The position numbers and the translations under genes are program-made. A stretch of DNA of 64,000 bases. It comes from Verrucomicrobiota bacterium (GTDB lineage Bacteria > Verrucomicrobiota > Verrucomicrobiia > Limisphaerales > AAA164-E04). Positions within the stretch are counted from its first letter, which is position 1. Each line of letters opens with the position of its first letter. The DNA lies in contig CP170459.1 in assembly GCA_047947115.1 (NCBI GenBank), positions 1,280,001 through 1,344,000 on the forward strand. Reading direction: 5' to 3'. Positions 20,017-30,693 of the stretch are shown piece by piece. The notes below the pieces were generated by a model, which had not been told where the DNA came from, made no database searches, and saw nothing but the letters and a program-made list of their open reading frames with translations.

Positions 20017-21159
20017 ATGACATGCGAACGACGATGCTGGGTGGAAGTGGACCTGGATGCGTTGAGGAACAATCTCTCATGGATCCGGCATCGTGTCGGC
20101 AAGGAAACGAAAGTCATGACTGTTGTCAAAGCGGACGCCTATGGTCACGGTTTGAAGCAGATTGCCGGTCATCTCATGCAGAACGGTACCGATTTTTTTG
20201 GAGTGGCAAATCTGGAAGAAGCTCACGCCATCCGGCTGACCGGAAAGGATTGGCCAATTTTGATGCTGGGGTCTTGCTTGGACACCGAATGGGCGCAGGC
20301 GGTCGAATGGGGGGTGAGCGTCACCATCTCATCTTTTGAAGAGGTGGTCCGACTGCATCGAATTGCCGAACACCAGAAGAAAACAGCAAAAGTCCACCTT
20401 AAAGTGGATACCGGCATGGGAAGGCTTGGTTGTCAACCCGGCTCGGTGTTGGAATTGGCGGGTTTCATCCATTCGACAAACCGGCTCCATTTCGAAGGGA
20501 TTTACACGCACTTTGCCGATGTTGAAACCGATGTCGCATTTACCAGATCTCAAAAACTTCTGTTCCGCTCCGTTCTGCGGCGGTTTGGGAGTCGGCTTTT
20601 GTTGCCATCCTTTGTTCACTCCTGCAATAGCGGTGCCTTGATATATGACCGCACGCTGGTCGGAAACATGGTGCGTCCCGGATTGCTGGTGTATGGAATC
20701 ATTCCCCCCGGCCATCGGAAACCGGTGGGTGCAATGCACCGCAGGTTAAAACCTTCACTCGCTTTTTACAGTCGCGTCACCCATATCAAATGGATTGGCA
20801 GGGGGGATTCATTGAGTTATGGCCGCACTTACAAGGCCAGGCGTAGAACCAAAGTGGCCACCGTTTCGTCCGGTTATGGGGATGGTTACCCTTTGGCGGC
20901 TTCCAATCAGGCGGAGGTGTTGATTCGGGGCGTGCGGTGCCCCGTTTTGGGTCGAGTGACCATGGATCAGACCTTGGTCGATGTGACTGCAATTTCAGAA
21001 GTGACTGCAGGCGATCTGGTCACCCTGATCGGAACGCATGGCAATGAGGCAGTTTCTGCCACCGAGTTGGCTTCCCGCACCGGTTCCATTGCCTGGCAGG
21101 TGTTGACTAACATTACATATCGTGTTCCAAGGATTTATCGTGGCACACGTGCTTCCTGA
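20017..21159 (+). CDS. alr: Alanine racemase
   Basis: VVKADAYGHG PLP motif, KVDTGMGRLG, GYGDGY, GRVTMDQ; RBS AAGGAG before ATG 20017. Confidence 0.95.
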   Translation: MTCERRCWVEVDLDALRNNLSWIRHRVGKETKVMTVVKADAYGHGLKQIAGHLMQNGTDFFGVANLEEAHAIRLTGKDWPILMLGSCLDTEWAQAVEWGVSVTISSFEEVVRLHRIAEHQKKTAKVHLKVDTGMGRLGCQPGSVLELAGFIHSTNRLHFEGIYTHFADVETDVAFTRSQKLLFRSVLRRFGSRLLLPSFVHSCNSGALIYDRTLVGNMVRPGLLVYGIIPPGHRKPVGAMHRRLKPSLAFYSRVTHIKWIGRGDSLSYGRTYKARRRTKVATVSSGYGDGYPLAASNQAEVLIRGVRCPVLGRVTMDQTLVDVTAISEVTAGDLVTLIGTHGNEAVSATELASRTGSIAWQVLTNITYRVPRIYRGTRAS

Positions 21160-21240
21160 TTGGGGTGTGTACCGTGTTGTCACATGGATTTCACACATTT
21201 TTAAAATGACGGATTTCGAATTCTGGGCATAATCCTCCGC

Positions 21241-22875
21241 ATGCCTCTTCAAAATAAATTGAATCAATGCAAAGGGATCCCTTTCTCTTGCCTGGCTTTC
21301 ATGTTTGCTGGCTTGATGGCGATCACCGTGAACGCGCAGGATCAAGCGGCGGGTACTGTTTATCACGATCAAAACCGAAATGGCGTGCGCGATGAAGGTG
21401 AACCCGGAATCCCGGGTGTTCGCGTATCGAACCAGGTGGACATTGTGACGACCGATGCGGATGGACGCTGGGAATTGCCTGCCTCCGACGATGTCACTTT
21501 TTTTGTCATCAAACCGCGTGATTGGATGACCCCTGTCAATGAAGTTCAATTGCCCCGGTTCTTTTACACACACAAACCCAGTGGATCTCCCGAGCAAAAA
21601 TATCCAGGAGTGGAACCCACTGGTCCTTTGCCTTCATCAATCGATTTTCCATTATATCCCACACAAGAACCTGATCGTTTTGACGCGGTGTTCTTCGGAG
21701 ACCCGCAACCACGTGATGTGCGCGAAGTGGAATACATCGGACACGATGTCGTGGAGGAATTGATTGGAACCACGGCCAAGTTCGGAGTGACTTTGGGGGA
21801 TATCGTGTTCGATGACCTGAGTGTGTTCGAGCCTCTCAATGCCACCGTGGCACTGGTTGGAATTCCCTGGTACAATGTGATCGGCAACCACGACATCAAT
21901 TACGATTCCGCGGTCGACAAGGATTCCGATGAAACATACACCCGGATTTATGGGCCCAATTATTATTCCTTTGATTACGGTCCGGTTCATTTCATTGTGG
22001 TGGACGACATCATCTGGGGTGGAGAAAAACCGGAAGGGACCGGCAGTTACACCGGTGGCTTGGAACAGGATCAACTGGATTTCATCCGCAACGATCTGGC
22101 ACTGGTCCCGGAAGATCGCCTGGTGGTGTTGATGATGCACATACCATTGACCGGAGTGGTCAATCGTGAGGATCTTTACCGAATCATTGAAAACCGTCCC
22201 TACACTTTTTCCATTTCAGGACACACCCATTGGCAGGCACACAAACTGATTAAAAAGGAAGATGGCTGGTTGGGGGCAAAACCCCATCATCATCTGATCA
22301 ATGTCACCGTCAGTGGCAGTTGGTGGAGTGGATTTCCGGATGAATATGGCATCCCTCACACCACCATGCGCGATGGCGCTCCCAATGGATACACGGTGTT
22401 GACCTTTTCGGAGAACAATATGCCCGAAATCACCTTCAAGGCAGCCAGAGATCCGGAAGATTTCCAGATGTCAGTTTATGCCGCCGACCAGGTCTTCACC
22501 GAATCATTGAGTGAAGAATGGGTTTATGTAAATGTATTCAACGGATGGGATGATTCCGTGGTGCAGGTGCGCTGGGGTGGACAGGCAGCCTGGCAGACAT
22601 TGGATCAAACGCTCGAGAAGGATCCGAATCTTCAGGCGGTGTTCAATCGTGAACCCGAAACTCCCCAAAGCCCATATCGGCGTATTTCTGCTCCCGTTGA
22701 TTCGTTCCATCTTTGGAAGGGACTGGTTCCTTCCGACGTGGAATCTGGCATTCATGTGCTTCAGGTGCGGGCAACCGATGTCAACGGCAGATGGCACAGG
22801 GCGGAGCGAGTGATCCGCGTGAGCGAAGGCAAAAAACCGGAGCCACCCCGGGAAGAAACTCCGGAGGAAAAGTGA
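21241..22875 (+). CDS. Exported calcineurin-like metallophosphoesterase
   Basis: Signal peptide; GDPQ, LGDIV, GNHD and SGHTH motifs. Confidence 0.88.
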   Translation: MPLQNKLNQCKGIPFSCLAFMFAGLMAITVNAQDQAAGTVYHDQNRNGVRDEGEPGIPGVRVSNQVDIVTTDADGRWELPASDDVTFFVIKPRDWMTPVNEVQLPRFFYTHKPSGSPEQKYPGVEPTGPLPSSIDFPLYPTQEPDRFDAVFFGDPQPRDVREVEYIGHDVVEELIGTTAKFGVTLGDIVFDDLSVFEPLNATVALVGIPWYNVIGNHDINYDSAVDKDSDETYTRIYGPNYYSFDYGPVHFIVVDDIIWGGEKPEGTGSYTGGLEQDQLDFIRNDLALVPEDRLVVLMMHIPLTGVVNREDLYRIIENRPYTFSISGHTHWQAHKLIKKEDGWLGAKPHHHLINVTVSGSWWSGFPDEYGIPHTTMRDGAPNGYTVLTFSENNMPEITFKAARDPEDFQMSVYAADQVFTESLSEEWVYVNVFNGWDDSVVQVRWGGQAAWQTLDQTLEKDPNLQAVFNREPETPQSPYRRISAPVDSFHLWKGLVPSDVESGIHVLQVRATDVNGRWHRAERVIRVSEGKKPEPPREETPEEK

Positions 22876-22929
22876 ACTCCACAGCTCTATGCGAACGAGC
22901 AGATTCTAAAAACTCTCATCACCGATAGA

Positions 22930-23679
22930 TTAGGGCAGAGCTTTGCGCAGCCGTCGATCGTCGAGGAGACCAAGGGCACGCTTTTGGATTTCCTTGGCGG
23001 TGTCGACTTCGTTCAAAGCTTTGGCTGTTTCGATCAGAAGCAACGTTTCTTCAACCAGGCGGTTTTCGTTCATACTTTTCAATTGAGCCCGACCCACCTT
23101 GATCTTGTCGCTTCTGGATACCATCATTTCATACCTTTCCTTTATCACAGCGAATTCAGTGAGCAAGTTGCCTAGGTATTTGTCAGCCAAGTCAAATCCC
23201 TTGTTTTTAATGACAACTGGTTTTGCTACTATCCAGCAAATCTTTGCCAAATCAGGTTGTTTTTCATCGATCAATCGAAAGAGATCGATCGTTTTGCTTT
23301 CTTCTTTCAAGGTGCGGTTCAAAGCATTGACATCCATGAAGAGATTGAAATTGCCCCTGCCGGATTTCAATGTGTCCGTTTTCTCATCGCGCACTTTTTG
23401 CATGGCTTTCAGGGCGGCGGGATACTTTTCAGCAAGGTCCATCCAGTCGCCCAATGCAAAGGACAATCGCACGCCGCTCATACTGGGTTGATGTTTCATT
23501 GCGTTGTCATGAAACCAAAGGGTGCGTTCCAGTACTTTTTCATATTCTCCCTGCTTTGCCAGAGCTTCCGTATCCCTCATGTATTGTTGCATGTCGAGGG
23601 TTTCCGCCGATAACAGGTTAGTGAAACTCAGTGCCAGGAATAGGGCGAGGATTTTCATAAGTTGCATGATGTGATACAT
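22930..23679 (-). CDS. Hypothetical exported alpha-helical protein
   Basis: 249-aa ORF with signal-peptide-like N-terminus; no family recognised. Confidence 0.6.
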   Translation of the reverse strand: MYHIMQLMKILALFLALSFTNLLSAETLDMQQYMRDTEALAKQGEYEKVLERTLWFHDNAMKHQPSMSGVRLSFALGDWMDLAEKYPAALKAMQKVRDEKTDTLKSGRGNFNLFMDVNALNRTLKEESKTIDLFRLIDEKQPDLAKICWIVAKPVVIKNKGFDLADKYLGNLLTEFAVIKERYEMMVSRSDKIKVGRAQLKSMNENRLVEETLLLIETAKALNEVDTAKEIQKRALGLLDDRRLRKALP

Positions 23680-23764
23680 TTATTATTTGTTGCAAGTGTT
23701 TAATGACGCGCATGGTGCTGCATGGTGCATCCGGTCAAAATATGAATGGGAACATTCGGTGAAA

Positions 23765-24328
23765 CTATGGCTCAACGCTTTTCATTTTAATGTCCAGGAA
23801 GCTAGATACCTTTTGTGCAATTTGGTTTAGCAGATCTGTGTCGTCCTTAGGTGCAGTTTCGATGACGATGGATCTCACCGGATCCCTGAGAATGAGCGCT
23901 ACCTGTCTGTGATTCTCCTCTTCTCCATATTGATCCTGGGAGGGAGAATCGTTTGGCGTGAACGTTCGATTGGAGATTTCAATACACTCCATATGCTCCC
24001 ATTCGAATTCAATGGATTCCTCTGTAAACAGGTAGGGTGTCGTGGTGATGTAAGTCCCGATCCGTTTGGTTTTGTCCAGAATCAATCGTTCCCTTTCCCT
24101 CAATATCGAAATACCGATCCAGATAAAACCGATGCCGAAAAGGGCTCCCAGTCCCAGTGGAAACAGTAGGAAAGGAGACATCGAATCGTTCAACACTTTG
24201 AACGACATCAACACAGCAATCGTCATCAGGAGGAGTCCACAAAACGTCAGGATCAACATCCAACCCATTGAACCCGGGATGCCCGCAAGAATCATTTGGG
24301 CTGATGTTTGTTTTTGAATTCTCATCAA
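23765..24328 (-). CDS. Hypothetical membrane protein
   Basis: Two N-terminal hydrophobic helices and a soluble C-terminal domain. Confidence 0.6.
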   Translation of the reverse strand: MMRIQKQTSAQMILAGIPGSMGWMLILTFCGLLLMTIAVLMSFKVLNDSMSPFLLFPLGLGALFGIGFIWIGISILRERERLILDKTKRIGTYITTTPYLFTEESIEFEWEHMECIEISNRTFTPNDSPSQDQYGEEENHRQVALILRDPVRSIVIETAPKDDTDLLNQIAQKVSSFLDIKMKSVEP

Positions 24329-24427
24329 ATTGGATTGGTTTCAGGAAGCCATTGCCCGCTCCTGCACGTCTCCTTGCTCCTTATGTACTTGAATATCCAC
24401 AATGACGCCGACAAAGTCAAAACTGTT

Positions 24428-26188
24428 ATGCCTCCAATTAATCGCTATTCTTTTCGTGTGCCCGCCATGTCCTTGACGGCATTCATGTTTTCTTGTCTTT
24501 GGGTGTCCGGTTTGATGCTCGGTTCGTCAACTGCCACGTCGCAGGACTTGGAATATCGTGTCGAACAAAATGTCATGATTCCCATGCGCGACGGAATACT
24601 TCTGGCGTCAAATATTTATCAACCCCGGGCAGAAGGATCCTATCCGGTCATCCTCCTTCGCACGCCCTATGGAAAACCGGGAGCATCCTGGGGAGAGGCC
24701 AAACGCTACACGGAGGCCGGATTCATCATGGTGGCTCAGGATTGCAGGGGCCGGGGGGATTCGGAAGGCGAATGGGATCCTTTCCGTCATGATCCCGACG
24801 ACGGATTCGACACCCAGGAATGGATCGGCCAACAGTCCTGGTGCAATGGTAACATAGGAACCAGCGGTGGTTCCTATGTCGGGTGGACCCAATGGGCATC
24901 TGTTACGAAAGGGAGTCCATATCTCAAAACCATGGTTCCCATTGTGCCTTTTGGGAATGTGTTCAGCGAGATTGCCTACGACGGTGGTGCCTTTCAACTT
25001 GCCCTGTTGATGGGATGGGGAGCCGGTGTTGGTGGTGTGGCTTTGAATCCTGAAAAGTTACAGGATGCCTATAGTTTCCTGCCTTTGCGCGAGTTCGGCA
25101 ACCAGTTTGAACCTGGTGTGAATTACCTCAACGATTGGGTGGCACATCACTCCTATGATGACTATTGGGCACAACGCGGGATGGGGTATGCCTATGACAA
25201 GGTGAAAGTGCCTATTCTGAATATCGGTGGCTGGTATGATATTTTTTCCAAAACAACCATCGAACTGGTCGATAAAGTAAGAGAAAGCTCTGAAGACAGA
25301 ATGGCTCGCCGCAACCAGTTTGTCGTCATGGGCCCTTGGGCACATGGCCCAGGCGTTCGTAAGGTGGGGGATCTTGATTTCGGTGAACAGGCACAACTCA
25401 ACTTGGGGCAGCTTCAGTTGGAATGGTTCCAATACTGGCTTCAGAATGTGAACTCAGGTGTGGAGGATTGGCCGCCTTATTATCTCTTTGTGATGGGAAG
25501 CAACACCTGGCGTGCTGAAAATGAATGGCCTTTGAAACGAACCCGGTGGACCTCCTATTATCTTCATAGCGACGGCACCGCCGGTGCAGTGGATAGTGAC
25601 GGAGTCCTGAGCCTGGAAAAACCCGGGGTCGAATCAAGCGATGTGTTTACCTATGATGGTGACAACCCCGTGCCAACCGGTGGGGGGAACAATCTGGTCG
25701 GAGCCCCCATTGGGCCCAGGGATCAAAGCGACATTGAAAAGCGGTCAGATGTTCTGACTTATACAACACAACCCTTGACTGAGCCGATTGAGGTGATCGG
25801 GCCGGTCAGGATGACCCTGTTTGCAGCCAGTTCAGCCAGAGACACGGACTTCACGGCCAAACTGGTGGATGTTCACCCCGATGGCAAAGCTTATAATTTA
25901 TGCGATGGAATTGTGCGTGCTCGCTATCGAAATGGCATGGACAATCAGCATTTGATCGAACCCGGCAAGATCATCGAATACGAAATTGATCTCTGGGTGA
26001 CCTCCAATGTCTTTCTGGAAGGGCACCGCATACGGCTCGAAGTATCCAGCAGCAACTATCCGCGCTTTGATCGAAATCCAAATACGGGATTACCCTTCGG
26101 AACCGATACGGAACTCCTGGAGGCACACCAAACCATTTACCACGATGCAGTGCGTCCATCGCATTTGATTCTACCTGTCATTCCTTAG
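24428..26188 (+). CDS. CocE/NonD family hydrolase
   Basis: IPMRDG, RTPYGK, QDCRGRGDSEG, GGSYVG nucleophile, GPWAH, SSNYPRFDRN; start approximate. Confidence 0.92.
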   Translation: MPPINRYSFRVPAMSLTAFMFSCLWVSGLMLGSSTATSQDLEYRVEQNVMIPMRDGILLASNIYQPRAEGSYPVILLRTPYGKPGASWGEAKRYTEAGFIMVAQDCRGRGDSEGEWDPFRHDPDDGFDTQEWIGQQSWCNGNIGTSGGSYVGWTQWASVTKGSPYLKTMVPIVPFGNVFSEIAYDGGAFQLALLMGWGAGVGGVALNPEKLQDAYSFLPLREFGNQFEPGVNYLNDWVAHHSYDDYWAQRGMGYAYDKVKVPILNIGGWYDIFSKTTIELVDKVRESSEDRMARRNQFVVMGPWAHGPGVRKVGDLDFGEQAQLNLGQLQLEWFQYWLQNVNSGVEDWPPYYLFVMGSNTWRAENEWPLKRTRWTSYYLHSDGTAGAVDSDGVLSLEKPGVESSDVFTYDGDNPVPTGGGNNLVGAPIGPRDQSDIEKRSDVLTYTTQPLTEPIEVIGPVRMTLFAASSARDTDFTAKLVDVHPDGKAYNLCDGIVRARYRNGMDNQHLIEPGKIIEYEIDLWVTSNVFLEGHRIRLEVSSSNYPRFDRNPNTGLPFGTDTELLEAHQTIYHDAVRPSHLILPVIP

Positions 26189-26235
26189 CATTGACTTGGC
26201 ATCGTTTCGTGGTCAAACATGGTTCAGGTTTATTT

Positions 26236-27009
26236 ATGAAAATGTTGGAAGGAAAGATTGGATTGGTGGCCGGTGTGGCCAATAAGCGCTCGATCGCATG
26301 GGCCATTGCGCAGGCATGGCACGAAGCGGGAGCCAAACTGATTTTCACTTATCAAGGCGAACGTCTGAAAGACAATGTCGAACAATTGGCAGGCGCTTTC
26401 GGTGAGGACACCCTGATGTTGCCCTGTGATGTTACATCAGACGAACAGGTTGACGAAGTATTTGCCCAAATCAAAGAACGCTATGGGAAGCTGGATCTTC
26501 TGTTGCATTCGATTGCTTTTGCCCCCAAGGAAGCTCTTGAAGGCGAATTCATCAATACCAGTCGCGAAGCATTCAAGGTGGCGCATGATGTTTCCGCTTA
26601 CTCATTGGTTTCCTTGTCCAGAGGAGCCGCTCCTCTGATGACTGATGGCGGCAGCATCGTGGCCATGTCCTATTATGGCGCTGAAAAAGTCGTGCCGCAT
26701 TACAACGTCATGGGTGTGGCAAAGGCCTCCCTGGAAGCGTCCACCCGCTACTTGGCATACGATCTCGGCCCTCAAAAAATCCGGGTCAATTGCATCAGCG
26801 CAGGTCCCATGAATACCTTGGCCGCTCGAGGTATCTCCGGGTTCACTGCCATGCTCAAACATTACGAAGCCAATTCGCCTCTCAAACGCAATGTACTCCC
26901 TGAAGAACTTGGTGCAACGGGTGTCTTTCTGGCCAGCAATGGTTCTGCTTCCATCACCGGTCAGGTGCTCTACGTGGACAGCGGATACCAGATCATGGGG
27001 ATGTATTGA
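26236..27009 (+). CDS. fabI: Enoyl-ACP reductase
   Basis: GVANKRSIAWAIA, YNVMGVAKASLE and RVNCISAGP. Confidence 0.95.
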   Translation: MKMLEGKIGLVAGVANKRSIAWAIAQAWHEAGAKLIFTYQGERLKDNVEQLAGAFGEDTLMLPCDVTSDEQVDEVFAQIKERYGKLDLLLHSIAFAPKEALEGEFINTSREAFKVAHDVSAYSLVSLSRGAAPLMTDGGSIVAMSYYGAEKVVPHYNVMGVAKASLEASTRYLAYDLGPQKIRVNCISAGPMNTLAARGISGFTAMLKHYEANSPLKRNVLPEELGATGVFLASNGSASITGQVLYVDSGYQIMGMY

Positions 27010-27050
27010 TCGGATTCATTGGATCGCATTGTCAATTTAATCTATGTCGC

Positions 27051-27087
27051 AAAGTCGTCCGAGCTCCCGATCGGACGACTTTTTTTT
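27051..27087 (+). terminator. Intrinsic terminator after fabI
   Basis: AAAGTCGTCCGA-8nt-TCGGACGACTTT followed by a T-tract. Confidence 0.85.
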
Positions 27088-27174
27088 GAACTTTTCGGGT
27101 TGTTTGCCAGATGAGATCCAGTGGTAATGCGCTTTTGACTTCGGTGTCGTTTCGCCCTAGCCTCTGATGATCCT

Positions 27175-29307
27175 ATGAAATTACGTTTTTTTATCGCCTG
27201 CATTGCAATGGGTGCGTTCTGTCTTTGTGATGGACTGCTTGCTCAGAAGGAATTGCATTCGAGCCAGACGGATTGGTCGATCTACCACGGGGATTATGGT
27301 GGTTCACATTACTCGGCCTTGGATCAGATCAACCGGTCCAATGTGAAAGATCTTGAAGTGGCATGGATTTGGCATGCGGGAGACACGGGGAGCACAATCG
27401 AATGCAATCCCATCATGATCGATGGATTGTTGTATGCCACCTCCCCGAGGTTGAACTGTGTGGCGCTCGATGCAGCCACAGGCAAACAGGTCTGGCGCTT
27501 CGATCCTTGGAACGGTGGTCGGGGAGGGGGGATCAATCGCGGTGTGGCTTATTGGTCGGACGGTGTTTCCGATCACCGCATCTTTTTTTCAGCCGGGGAC
27601 CATCTGTATGCCTTGAATGCTAAAACCGGCAAACCAATTGAATCATTCGGAGAGGGCGGGCGCATCAGTCATCGTGATGGTTTCGACACGGATGTCTTCT
27701 TCTTTTCCATCGGCAACAATACGCCGGGTGTGGTGTGGAAGGATCTGCTGATTCTTGGATCCACCACAGGCGAGGGACCTCAGCCCTGTGCACCGGGCCA
27801 TATCCGGGCCTTTGATGTTCGGACCGGGGTGCGCAAGTGGATTTTTCACACCATTCCTCATCCGGGTGAGTTTGGGTATGAAACCTGGGGACCGGAATCC
27901 TGGAAGCAGGTGGGCAGCGCCAATGTCTGGGGTGGTTTTACTCTGGACGCTGAGCGAGGGATTGTTTTCTGTGGAACCGGATCCCCTGCCTACGACAGCT
28001 GGGGTGGAAACCGTCCGGGGCAGAATCTCTTTGGCAATTGTACCCTGGCACTCAATGCGGAAACAGGAGAGCGCATCTGGCATTTTCAGGCGGTGCATCA
28101 TGACTTGTGGGATTATGACCTGCCCACACCTCCAGTGCTTGCTCAAATGGAAAAAAACGGTAAGACGGTGGATGTGGTGGTGCAACCCACCAAGATGGGG
28201 CATTTGTTCGTGCTGAATCGTGAGACAGGGGAACCCATGTTTTCGGTAGAAGAAGTGGCGGTGCCGCCTTCGGATATGCCGGGTGAACACAGTTGGCCGA
28301 CACAGCCTTTCCCTCCCGCCGAATTCCGTTTAGCCAATACGCGTATGGATCCGGAAAATGCCACTTTCCTCAACGCAACCGCTCGCGCCAAAGTACTGGA
28401 TGATCTCAAGGACATGTTGAACGGCGATGTGTTTATTCCGCCAACTTATCAGAAATCGGTGGTGCTGCCTCAGTTCAATGGTGGTTGTGAGTGGGGTGGG
28501 GCGGGCTTTGATCCGGAATCCAATACGGTGATTGTCAATGTCAGCAATGAAGCGGAATGGACCTCCATGGTGGATTCGCGGCCCAAGGAACAGATGTCGT
28601 TGAACCAGCTTGGCGGACATGTTTATCGAGCAGTGTGTGCGTTTTGTCATGGGATGAGTTCGCCCGTGAATCCGGCGTCCCCATCCCTCGAAAACGTGCG
28701 GCAGCGCTTATCCGAACAACAGATCCGGGAACTGATGGAAACCGGGCGCGGTCAGATGCCTTCTTTCGCATCGTTTAGCCATCTTGAGAAACGAGCGGTG
28801 ATCGCGTTCCTGTTCGAAAACGGTCATGACGAGCAAATTCAAACGAAGGATTTGAAGTTGAGTTACGCTGAGGATGTTCCGGTCGTTACAACCGGACATC
28901 ATGACTGGCGGGATCCGGAGGGGTTTCCGGTGAACAAACGTCCTTGGGGCACCTTGAATGCGGTCGATCTCAACAGTGGCCAACTCAAATGGCAGGTACC
29001 GCTGGGAACCTATCCTGAACTGGAAAAGAGGGGGGAATCTCCAACCGGCACGTTTAACATTGGAGGACCTTTGGTGACCAAAGGTGGCTTGGTGTTTATT
29101 GGCGCAGCAATGGATGAACGGTTTCATGCGTTCGACAAGGAATCGGGTGAATTGATTTGGGAGTATCAAATGGAATCCGGCGGATATGCTTCTCCGTCCA
29201 CCTATGAACTGAACGGCAGACAATACATCGTCATCGCGGCGGGTGGTGGAGGGAAGCCTGGAACGAAAAAGGGGGATGCCTATTATTGTTTTGCGTTACC
29301 GAAGTGA
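27175..29307 (+). CDS. PQQ-dependent (glucose/quinate-type) dehydrogenase with cytochrome c domain
   Basis: HHDLWDYD, PQQ blades, one CAFCH heme motif with GRGQMP. Confidence 0.88.
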   Translation: MKLRFFIACIAMGAFCLCDGLLAQKELHSSQTDWSIYHGDYGGSHYSALDQINRSNVKDLEVAWIWHAGDTGSTIECNPIMIDGLLYATSPRLNCVALDAATGKQVWRFDPWNGGRGGGINRGVAYWSDGVSDHRIFFSAGDHLYALNAKTGKPIESFGEGGRISHRDGFDTDVFFFSIGNNTPGVVWKDLLILGSTTGEGPQPCAPGHIRAFDVRTGVRKWIFHTIPHPGEFGYETWGPESWKQVGSANVWGGFTLDAERGIVFCGTGSPAYDSWGGNRPGQNLFGNCTLALNAETGERIWHFQAVHHDLWDYDLPTPPVLAQMEKNGKTVDVVVQPTKMGHLFVLNRETGEPMFSVEEVAVPPSDMPGEHSWPTQPFPPAEFRLANTRMDPENATFLNATARAKVLDDLKDMLNGDVFIPPTYQKSVVLPQFNGGCEWGGAGFDPESNTVIVNVSNEAEWTSMVDSRPKEQMSLNQLGGHVYRAVCAFCHGMSSPVNPASPSLENVRQRLSEQQIRELMETGRGQMPSFASFSHLEKRAVIAFLFENGHDEQIQTKDLKLSYAEDVPVVTTGHHDWRDPEGFPVNKRPWGTLNAVDLNSGQLKWQVPLGTYPELEKRGESPTGTFNIGGPLVTKGGLVFIGAAMDERFHAFDKESGELIWEYQMESGGYASPSTYELNGRQYIVIAAGGGGKPGTKKGDAYYCFALPK

Positions 29308-29314
29308 TTTGTGG

Positions 29315-29519
29315 AGGTAGATTCCCGATATCATCGGGATCCCGGTCCGGCCTTGAGGTATTGGACTTCAAAAATGCCAATCAAAGGAAAACCCAAGCGT
29401 GTTGGATGTGCCGGTTTGCTGAGACGGTAGGAAATTGGATGCCGAGGGTTTCCCAAAACGGAATTGCTTGAGAATTTGGATGCCATGAGGTGGCGCGCCG
29501 GGGACGACACGCTCTACCT
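29315..29519. repeat. Inverted pair of GTAG-type REP-like elements (family A)
   Basis: + aggtagat[tcccgatatcatcggga]tcccgg at 29315; - aggtagagcgtgtcgtccccggcgcgc at 29519-29493. Confidence 0.7.
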
Positions 29520-29601
29520 GTGGGTGCGTTGGGAGGTTTGGGTGGTATGCGGCTGAGCAGCAGTTCAGCCCTACCGCATGGGGTGTTTTTTACTGATTAT
29601 T

Positions 29602-30537
29602 ATGAAATTGTTTTGGAAAGTTATGTTGCGTCTGCTGAGTGTGCTGCTGTTGCTTGTATTGGCGATGGCGGTGACGTTCGGTTTTTTTTGGCGGCAGTTT
29701 CATCCGGCCGTGGATCGGACGGATGGTGTTGTTTACGGGCAGCGTCATGGAAAGGATCTCACTATGGACGTCATTCGTCCGGCCAGGGGCTCCAACGGTT
29801 ATGGTGTTGCCTTGATGGTCAGTGGAGGATGGAAGTCTGGTAAGCCCGGGGATTCGCCGACTTGGTTAATGGCTCCTTTGTTGAGGCGGGGATACACCAT
29901 CTTCGCGATCTGCCACATATCACAGCCCGATTCCACTGTGATGGAGATCATTGATGACATGCATCGTGGGATTCGGTTCGTGCGTCATCATGCTGATGAA
30001 TACGGGATTGATCCCGACAGGATCGGAGTGACGGGCGGTAGCGCGGGAGGTCATCTAAGTCTGATGCTGGCGACGACCGGAGGTCCCGGTGATCCGGATG
30101 CCGAAGATCCCATCGACCCTGAAAGCAGCGCGGTTCAAGCCGTGGCTATCTTTTATCCGGTGACGGATTTATTGAATTTGGGAGATTCAACAGAAAACCC
30201 GGGTGACGGAGGACCGCCAAAAAGTTTTGTCAAAGCGTTTGGTCCTGATTCGACCAACATGGAGCTTTGGAAAACCATTGGGCGAGAATCATCTCCCATT
30301 TACCACGTTCATAAAAACATGCCTCCCACCTTGATCTATCACGGAGATGCCGACACCTTGACACCTTTGGAGCAGTCGGAATGGTATGTCCAAAAAGCAC
30401 GCGAACAAGGTAATGAGATTGAGTTGGAAGTGCATCCCGGTGGTCAGCATGGCTGGTACACCATGATGTTCGACATTCATCATTTCGGGGAATGGTTCGA
30501 CCATTACCTGAAATCTGAAACGGGAAATGCAAAGTAG
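29602..30537 (+). CDS. Alpha/beta hydrolase (esterase/lipase-like)
   Basis: SGGW oxyanion motif, GGSAGGHL nucleophile, HGDAD and GGQHG. Confidence 0.88.
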   Translation: MKLFWKVMLRLLSVLLLLVLAMAVTFGFFWRQFHPAVDRTDGVVYGQRHGKDLTMDVIRPARGSNGYGVALMVSGGWKSGKPGDSPTWLMAPLLRRGYTIFAICHISQPDSTVMEIIDDMHRGIRFVRHHADEYGIDPDRIGVTGGSAGGHLSLMLATTGGPGDPDAEDPIDPESSAVQAVAIFYPVTDLLNLGDSTENPGDGGPPKSFVKAFGPDSTNMELWKTIGRESSPIYHVHKNMPPTLIYHGDADTLTPLEQSEWYVQKAREQGNEIELEVHPGGQHGWYTMMFDIHHFGEWFDHYLKSETGNAK

Positions 30538-30693
30538 CCCGAGCCGAAGTCTGGAACACTCTGGATACCACTGGCTAACCTTCGGGTTTCCTTGTGCCAA
30601 TACCTCTCCACGCTCCCATCAGTTTCTATAAAGTTTATCCGCAGATGTAAAAGGAGGATCCATTCGCCTGGCAGTTGAAATTCGGACCACCAT